From Hyphochytrium catenoides (lineage: Eukaryota; Protista; Hyphochytriomycota): a stretch of 64,000 nucleotides of DNA. Below, piece by piece: positions 51,132-63,950 of the stretch (its first letter is position 1; every line of letters begins with the position of its first letter). The notes under the pieces are model-generated. The model saw nothing but the letters and a program-made list of their open reading frames with translations, made no database searches and was not told the DNA's origin. The stretch lies in assembly GCA_900088475.1 (NCBI GenBank), contig FLMG01002562.1, positions 83,398 to 147,397 of the forward strand, in the 5' to 3' direction. Both the position numbers and the translations under genes were made by a program.

Positions 51132-52955
51132 CTACCGCTTCATCTTCCGCCTAATCCTTTCCTTCCAGTCTAACATTTCCATGGTAATGCTTCCTTTCTC
51201 GGCAACGACTTCTAGCTGAGGGAGAGAGGGAGAACCAGGCGACGAGGAGGTTGCGGGAGAGGAAGATGAAGCTCCAAAGAAGGAGGTAGAGAGTGAGCTG
51301 GTGGCTGCGGTCTGAGTGTCAATCTTCCCGGATCTTTGGCTGAGCACGCTACCCGACCTACGGAAGAGGGCAGGGGGCCGTAAGTCAGTCAACCTGGGAA
51401 GAAGAAGAGAGAACCAGGACGGAATAAAGGCTAGATAGCCAGATCCCGGAGCGCATCTTCACAAGCCTAAATCAGAGCGAGAGGAGAGAAGCGAAAGAGA
51501 GAGACCCACGGGAGAAGGGGAGAGCGAGAGAGCGAGAGAGCGAGAGAGAGAAAGAGCAGTACGAAGTCTCTGTACGCCACAAACGCGAATGATCCAGAGA
51601 TTGCAGTCTTACCTAGCATCGTTTCTCTTGCCCTTCAGTAGCAAAGCAACTTGCTTCTTGTCCTCTTCCCATAGCTCGTTTTCTTTGAGCGCAGCGGGGA
51701 CTTGGACGGAGATGGGGGCCGCTGCTTTAGCTCTGACACGCGCGGAGAGCTCCTCACCAAGAGTGAGGGAAATGTCCCCACTCTGCGTTGTCAGTACGCT
51801 CTCACTACTCTCTTCCAGCTTCTCAATGTGCGCTTGAATGTCTCCTTCGCCCTGGACTTCAGCGTTCACTGCGCCATTCACACTGTCGAGGCGGACAGAG
51901 GAAGCTGATGGGATGGAGAGGCGTACAGAGCCATGCGTTGATCCCAGCGTCACGGCTGCGCGCTCAGCCTTGCTTACAATGGAGGCTGTAGAGGCATAGA
52001 TAGCGCCGATCTCAGCGGCTGGACCTGCAGATTCTCCGGACGAAGATTGGTGAAGCTCTGAGTCTCTCTGGAGATTGACAGCTAGATCTCGAGCGGTCAG
52101 TCTCTTAGCGGTTATGCTCTCAGCAGTGAGACTGACGGTCTCTCCCTCTAGATACCCAGAGATGTTTATCCTCCCTCCTTCGCTAGAGAGAGAGATGACC
52201 TTCCCTCTCACTTTGTGCAGAGAGATCACTGCTCCCTCTCCTCTCCTCTCCCTTTTCTCTTCTTTTGAGAGAGAGACAGAGAGATCGGCTTCAAGCTTGT
52301 CAATGATCGTCACGGATGAGCTGGGTCCTACAACGAGATCTAGGTTGAAAGTATAAGGAATCTTCATGTCCAGCCTCACGCGATCGTTGGCGGCACTCTC
52401 TCGTTCTGCCACGAGGAGAAGAGCGTCTTCTTTCTCTTCTTCTCTCTCCTGTCGTCTCCCGTCTTCTCTTCTAACGTCAAAGGGCGGGAGGACTTCAGGA
52501 ATCGCCTCTGGCACTCTGACAGACGACAGAGGCGTCTCTCTATGCATCCGGAGCTCACAGTGCTCTATCCACTGCGGAGAGACAGAGATCTCAGCTGCCT
52601 CATACCTCCCAGCCAGCACCCGCAGCGTGCCTCGCGTGCCTGTGGCATACGAGACACAATGCTCAAAGACAGAATCTGCATCTTTGCCATCATCATCGCC
52701 AGCCGAGGCGCTAAAGCTTCGAGACTCTAACCTTGGACTGGACCAGCGATGGCGGTAGGTCGCCCTGTAAGGAGTGAGTGCGGCACGCGGTTGGGAAGAC
52801 TGTCTGCATCTTGGCTGAGAGAGAGAGCCAGGAGCGAGGAGAAAGGAGGAGGAGAAAGGGCGGGAGAGATTGTCCTCGGGTCTTTGTCTAAGGCAGCGGG
52901 AGGCTCTGGTGCCTTGAAGAGAAGAGAGAAGTCCGGAAGGGCGCGGCCGCATCAT
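51132..52955 (-). CDS. DUF4097 beta-repeat protein, FAM185A-like, probably mitochondrial (2 exons; intron about 51612-51394)
   Basis: Arg/Ser/Leu-rich presequence, repeated beta units (VTLGSTHGSVRL, VRLDSVNGAVNA, LTTQSGDISL), and C-terminal exon LEVVAEKGSITMEMLDWKERI. Confidence 0.8.
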
Positions 52956-53058
52956 CCTGCCAGCCGAGGTACAGCCGAGACCGCCTTATAAATAAAGAGA
53001 TGTCAGAAGATAGAATGAGGTGACATAGGAGACGATGGGATGGAGAAGGAGCTAGGNN

Positions 53059-53097
<39 letters not shown>

Positions 53098-53382
53098 TTT
53101 ATTGGGAAGAAGAGACACTTTACAACCTGTTTTATAAAAACCAACGAAGAATGCAACAGTGTCAAACTACTTTCTACCGTTTGGCATGAGGTAATCAGTC
53201 TTTGCATTCACATGGTCCAGAGTGGTAGAATATGGGAGGAATGGCTGGTAATGTTGGTTTTTATTGTTAGAAAAGCCCTGTGTTATATATACCATCTGTC
53301 TCTTTCTGCCTCTCTCTCTCTCTTCCTCTCTCTCTTCCTCTCTCTCTCTTCCTCTCCTCTTGGCGCACAGTAGGCAGGTGCA

Positions 53383-55571
53383 TCAAGCTTTCCTCTTCTT
53401 CTTTGAGTCGCGTATACTCTTAGAGATGAGTTTCTTGGTCTTCCGCGCTCTCTCAGCTCTTCTTCCGCCTCCTCCTCCGCCTCCCGTCTGGCCTTTCAGC
53501 TTCTTCTTGCCCAAGATCCTTCTTGCAGCGCCTGCTACTGCTCTTACTCCTTCATGCTTGCCCCGTGTCTCTCCTCGGTTGGGTGCATCTTTCTTCGTTC
53601 TCTTTCCACAGACCTGGACGCGGATGCGTCTCTTTGTGGGAGCGAAGACAGACTCGTGAAGCTTTAAGGCATTGACGACGGAAGCTCGCTCCTGCAAAAG
53701 AGTTTGAGGAAGGTAGCTCTGACCGTCCTCGTACCATTCTTCCCCTGCCTCTCTCTGTCTATCTTGCTCTCTCTGTGCGCGTTGGCCTAAGGCCCCTTTC
53801 GCCTACACGCGCGTCTCTCCGTCTCTCTGTCTCTCATCCTCTCTTTTTCACTTGGCCTACGCTTCCTCCTTTTTCTGTAAGTCGAGTATGTACTAGATAT
53901 TTCTACCTTGAAAAGCACGTAGCCAAATCCTTTGCCCATGCCCGTCTCATTATCTCGGATTAACCGAACATTCTCGATCGATGTGCCCTCCGCCACCTCT
54001 GGCATATTAGAGTCGAAGAAGTTGCGAACCTAAGAGATGTCCATCACTTAGCGCATGGAGAGAACGAATGAAGGTGTAAAGCACGCATAGCGATGAGGAG
54101 GAGGACCGAGAGAGGGAAAAAAAGAGAGAGAGAGACAGAACGAGAGAGACAGAAAGAGAGGGTAGAAAGAAAGAGACAGAGAGAGAGAAGAGGAGAGAGG
54201 AGAGAGGCCGGGAGAGAATGAGAGAGAGAGACAAAAGAGGTCTATAGGCTGTCTAAGAGGACAATCACCGCCTGGTAACGCCGAGTAGTACTAGGAGTCA
54301 GAATACGAGGAGAGCCGCACGCTTGAGGAGGGAAAGGATTGCAAGGAAATCGAAATGGCATCGGCATCGAAGAATCTAACGAACATCGAAAACGTACCGC
54401 TTCTTCTGTGACATCGAAGGGCAGGTTGCCAACAAAGACAGAGCGCTTTGGGTCCATACTAGGCGAAGAGTAGTCGACACGTAAATGCTTTCCTTGAAAG
54501 AGCTAGAGACGGCACCCGAAGACAATGGAACCAGAGTGCATCAATGGTTGAGTCATAGTCTAAGCAGAGGTATATTGAAGGCATGATCAACAAGAAACGT
54601 TGAGAGTCGAGGCAGAGGCCATAGGAGAGAGAGACATGTAGGAGACTGAGGCAAGCGAAGATCAAGGGAAGGAAAAACAAGGATGAGTGGTAGCGGGAGA
54701 GAGAGGAGGAGAAGGAGAGGATAGAGGGAGAGTGAGAGCGAGAGACTGTTCGGAGGTGTGTCAACCCTTACCTCATTGTTGGCCGCCAGAGCCTTCTTCA
54801 CGGATTCCTTCTCTTTGAAGACGACATAAGCATTCATTGTGTCTCTATTAGGGTTCAGCAGACCTCTGTTTGCTGATACTTTCTTCACCAGCTTCTGATT
54901 GCCAGGCTGATCGATCGCTACCCCTAAGATTGGTACAGAACGGAGTCTCACCGACTGCACAGCTCCAAAGCGCTTGAAGAACTTCTCAATGTCCTTCTTA
55001 GAGGCAGAAGTAGGCAGATTCCCAACAAAGATTGTCCTCTCTTCCGCTTCAATCCCTGTGTCTGCTTCCTCCTTCGAGTCCACAGTGAGACCTGGACCCA
55101 CAGAGTTTGGGCTCTTCTCCGTGTTATTCTCCTCATTATCTTGCCCCTCTGCCTTTTCTTTATTTCTTAGCTTCTCTTCCAGAGGGTCAGCCTTTGCCTT
55201 TAGTTTGTCCTTCTTCTTTTTCTTGCTCTTCGTACCCACAGGCTCATCTTTACTCCCTATACTTTCTCGTCTCTCCTCGTTCTTCTTTAGGCCTTCAGAA
55301 CGTAGAAAGCAGTGGTTGGTGACTCGTAAGGGGTAGAAGATAGTTGTCAAGGACGATGACGAAGAGAGCAAGCCCGCGGTGAAGGGAGACACACACACAG
55401 TCACACACAGAGGGGAAAGAGGGAGAGAGAGGGAGAAAGAGAAAATTAGAGAAGAGATAGTGAAGAGAGACCAAGGCCAGACAGGAAGGGGTCTCAGCGA
55501 GGATGGCGAGCAGAGCAAGCGATGAAGAAAAGAGACAGACAGAGAGAGAGAGAGAGAGACAGTGAGTGAGT

Positions 55572-55627
<56 letters not shown>

Positions 55628-56016
55628 AGAAGTACAAGAGAGACTAGCAAGAGGCAAGTAGAAGCGCCGAAGATGAGTGAGGAACCTAGTACCGCTGGAA
55701 TCCTCTGTGTCTGCTTGAGACTGTGAAGGAGCAGGGGAAGGCACCTTCCTCTGCACCCGGCCAAACTTCTTTCGACTCTTCTCAAAAACGTCCGCCAAAG
55801 GGTTTGTCCCTGCATTATCTATTGCCTCCGGTGTATCATCGGAGCTCTTCTTGCGCTTTCTCTTTAGGGGCTAATAAGGTTACGCAAGTAAAAAGCCCGA
55901 GGATTGGAGAAGAGACGATCATCAGTCAACCGACAGGAAAGCTTGAAGGTATAACGAGCTGTCACCTTAGGAGAAGTGCTCCCCAAGGACTGCAGAAAAG
56001 TCGATATCTCCGCCAT
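53383..56016 (-). CDS. RBM34: Nucleolar two-RRM RNA-binding protein RBM34/Nop12 (multi-exon)
   Basis: RRM1 ERTIFVGNLP..VQSVRLRSV..NAYVVFK; RRM2 DPKRSVFVGNLPFDV..IENVRLIRD..GMGKGFGYVLFK; Lys-rich tail with HEGVRA. First exon MAEISTFLQSLGSTSPK (ATG 56016) splices in frame to RKRKKSSDD. Confidence 0.92.
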
Positions 56017-56650
56017 ACTGCCGTTGTGCCCTAGAGCTCTCAAATCTGGCTCCACCTAGCTTGATTATGGAGAAAGGAAACGAAGGCCTCCTAATGTACA
56101 GCAATCCCACTATAAGTGTATGTCACTCCATCAATTCAGCGTCTTCCTTAGCGCCCAAGTCTCTGCATCTCTTCTCTGTCTCTTCATCCATCATCTTCTT
56201 CATCGGAGGCCCATCAGAATCTGCATCGCTGCGCCTGTCTGTCTCTTGAGCCCGCGCTGGTTGGTCCGCACCAAGCTGCCAATTCTGATTCGGATTGGAC
56301 CCGATAGTACGTATCCGGAATAACATAGCGCTTATAGATTGATATTTCGGTATAGGGTTATTCTCATTCTGCTCACATATCATAGTTGATATTTGATAAC
56401 CATGGGGATTGATTATCTGGAGTTGAAGTCTCTCTGATATGAAGGTATTTTGAAAGCTTCTGACGGATTCTGAAGCTCTGAAGCTCTGAAAGCCATCGAT
56501 GAAGCTTCAGAATAGAACTTGCTCAGCTTCACTCAGGCTTGCTATTGAGCTTCCCACTGAGCTTCTCACGCCATAGACCTCTTCCGCTCTGTCCTTCAAG
56601 CTATGTGAGCTCTGTCTATGCAACCTCATGCTTCTCCACGTCTGCTGCTC

Positions 56651-57583
56651 ATGACGTTTCGGAGTGAGGCAGTAGCTGTTCGGCGTCAATGTTATTGGGA
56701 TGAGTGCTGGAAAGAGACAGCCTACATGGAAGGAACAGGAGCCGCCAACACAGGTTCTAGACTCTAATGTGATAATTATTGCGCTGCCTTCCATATGCTG
56801 ATGTCCATCTCTCTTCTAGATCCTCGGTCAAGAAGCGACAAAGGAGCTAGTAACTCATGTCTGCCGAGAGATTGAAGCTATTGCCAGCTCAGCGTACGGT
56901 CCTTATGGGTCTCTCAAGGCCATCAGGATAAACCAAGCTAATCAACAGCCTGGCAATCTTCTGATCTCCTCTTCATCACGCTTTCTCTTCTCTGAGAACG
57001 TACTGCACTATGGATCTCCGCCGTCTAGGGTGCTTTTATCATTCTTGCAGACGCAGGTCAGCTCCTTCACCATTCTCTGCTGCACTTTATGGGCCCTCCT
57101 CTAAGAAGGCATTGCTCTTCAGATTGTACAGCAGGGAGATTGTGGGCTCTTTACCGCTATGTTTGCCTGTCGGTGAGTAAGCCTAAAGAGCCCATACACC
57201 GTTCTGCACTATCCACTAGGCTAACATTTTTCACTTTCTCACATAGACTGGTGCGTCGATTCTTGGAAGAGCTGGACGGCTCAGCCTCACGATCAGCTCA
57301 GCTGCAAGGTATACTGATGAGCCTCTGGGCCTCCGGTGCTATAGAAACCCTTGATCAAGCCGTCTCGCCATGTTTCTCCTTTCTCTGTCTCTCTCTCGCG
57401 TTCGGGTATCGCCCACCACCCGCTCTCTGTCTCTTTCTCTTCTTGTCCCTCCTTTGCCGCTCAGGGCCTGTCTTCCCCTCTGATTTCCCATGTTTCTCTC
57501 TCTCTCTCTTTTCCACTCATCAATCCCCTCACCCAACTGCCCATCACCGACTGTTGTCCTTCTCCATTTTCTCTCTCTCCCCC

Positions 57584-57632
<49 letters not shown>

Positions 57633-60600
57633 GTCTCTCTCTCTCTCTCTGTCTCTCTCTCTCTCTCTCTTCACTCTCCATTCTTGACTATCTTCGCGGC
57701 GTTGTCCCTGTGATTTACTTGTACTCCTTCCACGTAGTCCTCTCTTTATGTCAGCAATGCTGCAAAGAGTTCTTGGAACACTCAGACAATCCTCTAAGAC
57801 TGGAGTTTCAATGGAGCGAGTCCTCTCCCCTTCTGAGCTGTCTCTCCGCCATGTTTAGAACAAAGAGCGCAGCCCGGCTGGGAGAAAAGGAAAGAATGTT
57901 GCTCTCGACACTGTCTCTACAGGCCTTCCTCTCCTCTCTCGCCGAGAGCCCTAGCGGCACGGTATGGTTGCGCCAATCTTGACCAACTTTGGGCTTTTGA
58001 GGCCTTGGGCGGAGAGAGAGAGAGTGTGTGTTTGTGTGTGTAAGAGAGAGAGAGAAAGAAACAGATAGAGGGAGAGAGCAAGACTGCTGTTCGTCAGAAG
58101 GACAGTGATTGCGGAATCTATGGTCCGAGAGAGGTAAAACAACAGAGATCTTGGCAGAAGAGGGAAATTGTGAAAGACTGAGGCAGAAGGTTGCACGCCA
58201 CGCGAGAGAGTGAAAGAGAGACAGAGACAGAGTAGGGGAGACGGATACAGAAAGAGAGGAGAAAAAGAGAACTGATATGAGCCTGTTGCCGGAAGGGGTA
58301 ACAGAAGAAGAGACTGCTCACTATTCTGCGCCCGAGAACTAAACAGCTAGCCAGATCTCTGACCTTATTCTTTTGAACCAGCTGGTACCTAAGATCAGGA
58401 TCCTGGAGATCAGTGGTGTCCCCACGACAGCGTCAGAGGTAGTACTTACTTCACCTCGAACCAAACGAGAAAGAGAGAGAGAGAAGCCCTAAAAGGAGGT
58501 CCGAATTGGCAGGGATGTAGAAGACGAACTAGGGATCGGACAGTTGATAGCTGGGACGTTGACCTGAAGAGAGCAGGAAGAAAGGACCTAACATTCTGCT
58601 CTGTGGCAGGTTGCACCCTACACGGTGTTCCTTGATACTCCTGAAGGCATTCGAGCTCCTCGTATGATCAAGAACGTCTCTGTTGCTCTCTTTCGAGGAT
58701 CAATAGACGTCCCAGAGTTGTCATTCAAACTGGAGCTTGTACCTGACGGTAAGACGCCAGGTTGAGGAGGACAAGTTCAGGGAGGTCACTCTCCTGCGAT
58801 CGCAATCGGGAGACAAAGTGGCTCGGCACCACGGGCGGGCCCTCAAAGATAGGGAGAACAGAGAGGGAAGAATGCGGAAAAGAGAGAGGGAAGAAAAAGA
58901 AAGAGAGAAGAGAGGAAGAGAAAGAGAGATAGTATTACAAGGTACAGAGAGATATCATCGGGCTCTTAGAGGAGACAACAATCGCGAGAGCTAAGAAGAA
59001 TTCTGCTATACTTCTTGCCTAGAGAACAACCCATCGTTCACTCCTGCCAGAGAGAGAAGAAACTACCTGGAACGGATAGCGCTCTCACTTCGCGATCTTA
59101 AAGTAAAGGTTGTCTGTTGTCAGAAGCTGATCCATCCCTATATCAAGGGGCTTCTTGCAGAGAATGACATTGTTGCTCTTGAGAGATTGTCCATACGGCA
59201 CATAGGTAAGGAGGAAGACAGAGGAAGCCGTGGAGAGACTGATAGGTTTATTCTGTCCTTGTCTTTCTTTTGCCGTTGTCACTGTCACGCTTTCCTCTCG
59301 TCCTCCCTAGTTTCCTCTCCTGTTGACTAAATACTCTTGGAAATCGTTGGACATGGATTATTCTCTCTCTATAGCTGCTCCTTCGTCCCTGTCGTCAGAA
59401 AGGAATAATCGCTCTCGCTCTCTCTCTGTCTTTTCTCCTTGCTATGCGCTGTACGGCCTCCCCTCGCGCTCCTGCTTTAGACGCGGTTCAGGCCATCACC
59501 GGCGCAGTACCGTTGGGAGACTGGGCATGTCCTCCAAGGGAGGAGGAGCTGGGTTGGGCCACCAGCATAGAGTCCAAAGTGGTTCACCGTCAGAAGTTCA
59601 TAGTCATTCAGAATAACGATGTGTGAGTCACTCTCTCTTGATCTCTCTCTCTCTCTCGCGCGCGCTGTCGCTATCTCTCTTCAGATGTGAGATACTCTCG
59701 TTAGTCACCTCGTCCAGACCTCTATACCTCCATTACATATTCTGATGTTTAAGGTGCTTTCTATCAGGGGAGAAGAGGATTGGGGGACGGGACCCCGAGC
59801 TCCGTCGCACGTCCAAAGGCGTCTGAGACCTGTCACCACGCTTGTGCTTTGCTCTTCAGATGATCTGAGTGCTAAAGAAGTCAGAGGACTTGTCGATGTA
59901 AGAGAGATTGGGAGGACGCGGTACCGAAGGAGAATGTGTCAGATGTAGGATGATAGCAGAGCGGGACATGAGCGAGAGAAAATGGAGTCGAGGGTTNNNN
60001 NNNNNNNNNNNNNNNNNNNNNNNNNNNNNNNNNNNNNNNNNNNNNNNNNNNNNNNNNNNNNNNNNNNNNNNNNNNNNNNNNNNNNNNNNNNNNNNNNNNN
60101 NNNCTCTCTCTCTCCCTCTCTCTCTCTCTCACACCCTCTCTCTCTCTCTGTTTGTCTGTTCGGCCTCTCTTTCTTTCCTTCCTTCTCTATGCGATATCAG
60201 GGCGCTTTAATAGTGTTACAGCGGCTTCTTTTCCAACCGGTTCTCCTTCCCGGAGGAGGGAACGTGGAGCTTGTGCTGGCTGAGATGCTGAGAAAGAGAG
60301 CGAAAGGGGAAGGAGGGTCGGCCCTTCCTTATTCTGCCAGACGCGGGATAGAGCTAGTTGCAGAAAGCTTGGAATTCGTTGCATCAACGCTGTTTATGAG
60401 CAGGACAGCCTTCACGAGGCAAGAGGTCGTTGCAGGTGGGGAAGATGCGTCAAACACCAACAGAGAGCGATGCAGAGAGCGAAAGAGAACACAAATTGGA
60501 AAGGAAACCAACATCGTTTCGGCAAGGAGAAGGGCCGGACCAGGAGTGAGAGCAGGACAAGATGGGCAATGAGTGAAGATCGACGAGTTGGAGGAGGGGC

Positions 60601-61317
60601 ATCAGAAGATAGTGACTATTCACCATATGGGAGGAAATGAGTTAGCGTGAGAAGGTATGCAGGGTATCCCTAGGAACCGCTCTCACTGTTCCTATCTCTT
60701 TTCACCAGCTATGAGAGACTGTTTGCCTCAGATGACTCCGTTTTTGGAGAGGCGTCCAGTCGGGAGCTCCCTCCAATTTGTGACCTTGGTTCCCAGTGAA
60801 AGAGAGGAGACGGACCTGGGAATAGATATGAAGGTCTCTCTCTTACTGTCAACTCGTTGGTCCTTCTTGCTGCATCTCTTCCCGTCTCCTCGTCTCTGTC
60901 TTTCTTCTTCTCTCCCTTCTGCCTCTCTCTATGTGTCTCTTCCATTTCAGCTCCTTCCTCCTCTCCTATCCTCATTTGCTTCTCTATGAGCCTAACGTCT
61001 AAAATCTGAAGAACTGACTGGCTTAGGGTTCGCGTCTTCCTTCTTCTCTTGCTTCTTATGGTCTCTCTCCTTCTCCATTGAAAGCCAATATCTGACGATA
61101 ACTATCGTTGCCCTGCTCTTCTTGCTCTTCACCCTGGCAGAGATTGCCCATCGTACAGATATTGAGCGTAGAAGACGGTGTCTCTCTTCCTTTGATCTCT
61201 GAGCCCATCCTGGAGCCGCTGCCCGCGAAGTTATCTGCCATATCTCTTGCCTTTGAAGCCGCCTCATCCCTGCTAAATCTTAGGGCCATGGTTCTCAACA
61301 AAGACATAGCTCTTTGA
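56651..61317 (+). CDS. MKKS: Chaperonin-like BBSome assembly factor MKKS/BBS6 (multi-exon; start codon tentative)
   Basis: IASSAYGPYGSLK, diagnostic GDCGLFTA (degenerate GDGTTS), AMFRTKSAARL..LSLQAFL, VVCQKLIHPYIK, LPGGGNVE, and C-terminal ILEPLPAKLSAISLAFEAASSLLNL, matching the human MKKS motifs as I recall them. Confidence 0.88.
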
Positions 61318-61391
61318 AGAAAAAGAAGGGAAAAGATGGAGGTGCTGCCATGGTATAGTTACCAGTCTGCATAAGGGGCGAACTGAAGCTC

Positions 61392-61438
<47 letters not shown>

Positions 61439-61737
61439 AAGAGGGACATAGAAGAGAAGGGAAGATCCAGATCGCTACAGGGTCGTATACATAGAATGAC
61501 AAAGAAAAAGGCTGTCTTGCCTTCAGTTCTGGAGCTTAACCTAGTGCCCCTAAGAAATAAGAATCTACAGCTAGCTGGGGAGAGAGAAAAAGGAAAGGAA
61601 GGAGACAGAGAGAGAGAGAGAGAAACGACAGAGAGGTCGCAGCCAAAGCTCCTTATCTCAGCTAATTTTCTTCGGCGAAGATGTGCCTCTGCCCTTGGTA
61701 ACTCTTTCCTAGCACTTTCCTATCTCTCTCTCCTCTC

Positions 61738-62799
61738 TTATGTCTCTAATCTGTCTGCACAGTCTAAGAAGATCTGTCTCCCATTCAAAGGCTGAGTCTC
61801 TCTATGATTGAACACATCGTCCAGCTCTTTCTCTCTTGTCTCTCCCTCTTTCGTCGTCGCTCTTGCCCTACTGCTTTGACGGTGAGCCTGCAATTGAAGA
61901 GCCACCAGAGAGGGAGGCACGGGGAGAATATTCCGGAAGATCAGCCACTGGACACCTTCTGTACAAGGAGGAGCCGTCAGACTGCCAGTATAGGAGAGAA
62001 AGCCGCCCGCGGGAGAGAGAAGAGAAGACAGAGAAAGAGGCTGCTCGATGGAGACGGCTGAGCCTGAAGAGAGAGCCTTCTTGGCGGCCCCTGCTATCAC
62101 TTCCCAGTTTGAAAGAGTCTTCTCCACCGCCTCTCTGCCTCTCTTCTCTTCTTCTCTCTCTTCTTCCGCGGATAGAGTCTCGCTCACTATCACTTTCTCT
62201 CTCTGTCTCTCTCTCTCTCTCCTGGTGGTCACCCGAGCAAGTTGTCCTATGACGAGAGTGGAGTTGTCCTCAACAGAGCGGTGGACAAAGTGGATTTCCA
62301 TAGGAAAGTGCTGTCCTCCCACCGTGTGATCAGAGAGAACGTGGACGTGAAAACTCTCAAGAAGAAAGCGCTTCTCTCGATAGAAAACGGAGACATTGGA
62401 AGAGAGAGGATCTGAGAGAGAGAGTTTTAGCTGTCCTGGGAGAGAAAGAGAGAGAGAGAGAGAAGGGAGAGGAGAAGAGGGATACAGGAGACGGAGAGAG
62501 GATGGTGCGAAGCAAGAGAGAGGCGTGTCCGGGTCCCAAGCAGGTAAATCTATAGGTGACTGCGCTCTTCCGCCACAGGCTCCACAGCTCCCATTCTTCC
62601 ACTGCTGCTGCCAGAGATAATTGGAGCAAAAAGGAGGCAAAGTCGATGAGGAAGAGAGCGAGAGAGACGATGGAAGAACATCATCCCTGACGGCCAGTGT
62701 GGCGCCTACCGCGCGAGCTGGAGTGAGTGAGAGAAGAGCTAGCAAGAGGAGGAATGGCCGAACCCTTCCCGCCTGCATTATGGTGCCCTCTTCCGTCAT
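61738..62799 (-). CDS. Secreted alpha-type carbonic anhydrase, intronless
   Basis: Signal peptide RPFLLLLALLSLTPARA, CGGRAQSPID, zinc ligands FHVH..EIHFVH, YTGSLTAPPCTEGVQW, NHRETQPLNGR. First ATG at 62799. Confidence 0.93.
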   Translation of the reverse strand: MTEEGTIMQAGRVRPFLLLLALLSLTPARAVGATLAVRDDVLPSSLSLSSSSTLPPFCSNYLWQQQWKNGSCGACGGRAQSPIDLPAWDPDTPLSCFAPSSLRLLYPSSPLPSLSLSLSLPGQLKLSLSDPLSSNVSVFYREKRFLLESFHVHVLSDHTVGGQHFPMEIHFVHRSVEDNSTLVIGQLARVTTRRERERQREKVIVSETLSAEEEREEEKRGREAVEKTLSNWEVIAGAAKKALSSGSAVSIEQPLSLSSLLSPAGGFLSYTGSLTAPPCTEGVQWLIFRNILPVPPSLVALQLQAHRQSSRARATTKEGETREKELDDVFNHRETQPLNGRQIFLDCADRLET

Positions 62800-63950
62800 A
62801 GAGTCCGTCTTGTTGGCGGTGCGCGAGTGGGAGCGAGAGAGAGAGAGAGACAAGAGGCAAGAAGAAGGGAAGTGAATCCTTTCCGCGGTCGCCAATGCTG
62901 GGAAGAGCTAGTTTCTAGATGTAGAGGGAGAAACGAAACACTTTATAAGAACTTTGGATGCTGCAAAGTGATGGAAAGGACATTGAGCCTGCAGCGAGAA
63001 TGGAAAGAGAGAGAGAAGAAGGAGGAAGAAGACAGAGAGAAGGAAAGATCACAAGCGACAAGGGGAGAGCGGAGAGAGAGAGAGAGAGAGAGAGAGTTAG
63101 ATAGGTAGAGAGAGGAGATAGATAAAGATAGATAGAGATAGAGTTAGAGTTAGAGAAGAGTTAGGGAGAGAGAGAGAGAGAGAGAGAGAGNNNNNNNNNN
63201 NNNNNNNNNNNNNNNNNNNNNNNNNNNNNNAGAGAAAGAGAGAGAGAGAGAGAGAGAATGTGAGTGAACCAGTCAAAAAAGATCTTTCCCAAAAGATTCA
63301 ACAGACTACCAAAAGTCCGTTACTCTTATTCTCGAACTTGTCCCTATTTCTCAGATGTTCCTTGCGTTTTAGGTTGTTGTTGAAGTATTTAGCCTCGGTA
63401 TATTGTACTAACCTCGGGTACCCAAAAGTAACAAGCATTGGGCACCCATACTTTTTCTTCTTGTTCACAGTTCTACTCGTACGAAGGATGAGGTTATTGT
63501 TTACTGGCGTGACGGAAGTGCGTACGGACGTATTTTCCTTCTTGTGGCCTACTAACTGAGCACTGTTACCGTTGTCCATCGTGCAGAAGAAGAAGAAGAG
63601 TAGGTTGGCTGCTGCTGGTACCATCAACTTCTCGAGTATGCGAGTTGTTGTTCATCATGGCTGTCGTCGCTTCCAGCCTTACTAGAGCTGGTTCTTGTCT
63701 GATGTTATGCGCAGTACATTTTAATCCTTCCATCACATCATCTTCCAACAAGAAGAACGCTGCTGATTGTCTAGTAGATAAAAAATAAAGCTGAAATTTG
63801 AAAGAGTGGGTTTTTTTGCGGTGCTGAAGAGGACTATTCATCATCATGACGAGTAGTTCCCTCTTTCCGCTTCTTGTTCTACTACCGATAACAGCATTAC
63901 TGACCAAAAAACTACGTCACTCGTGGTACTAAATAATCTCTCCACTACTA

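Noticed and set aside
28653-52955. Two beta-repeat genes (LiaF/DUF2154-like and DUF4097) flanking Piezo as a stress-sensing module
   Set aside because: The DUF4097 gene looks like an ordinary mitochondrial FAM185A-like gene, and adjacency in a eukaryote gives no evidence of a functional cluster.
63260-63907. Short ORFs at the right end as transposase or viral remnants
   Set aside because: No recognisable motifs; low-complexity sequence with interrupted frames.
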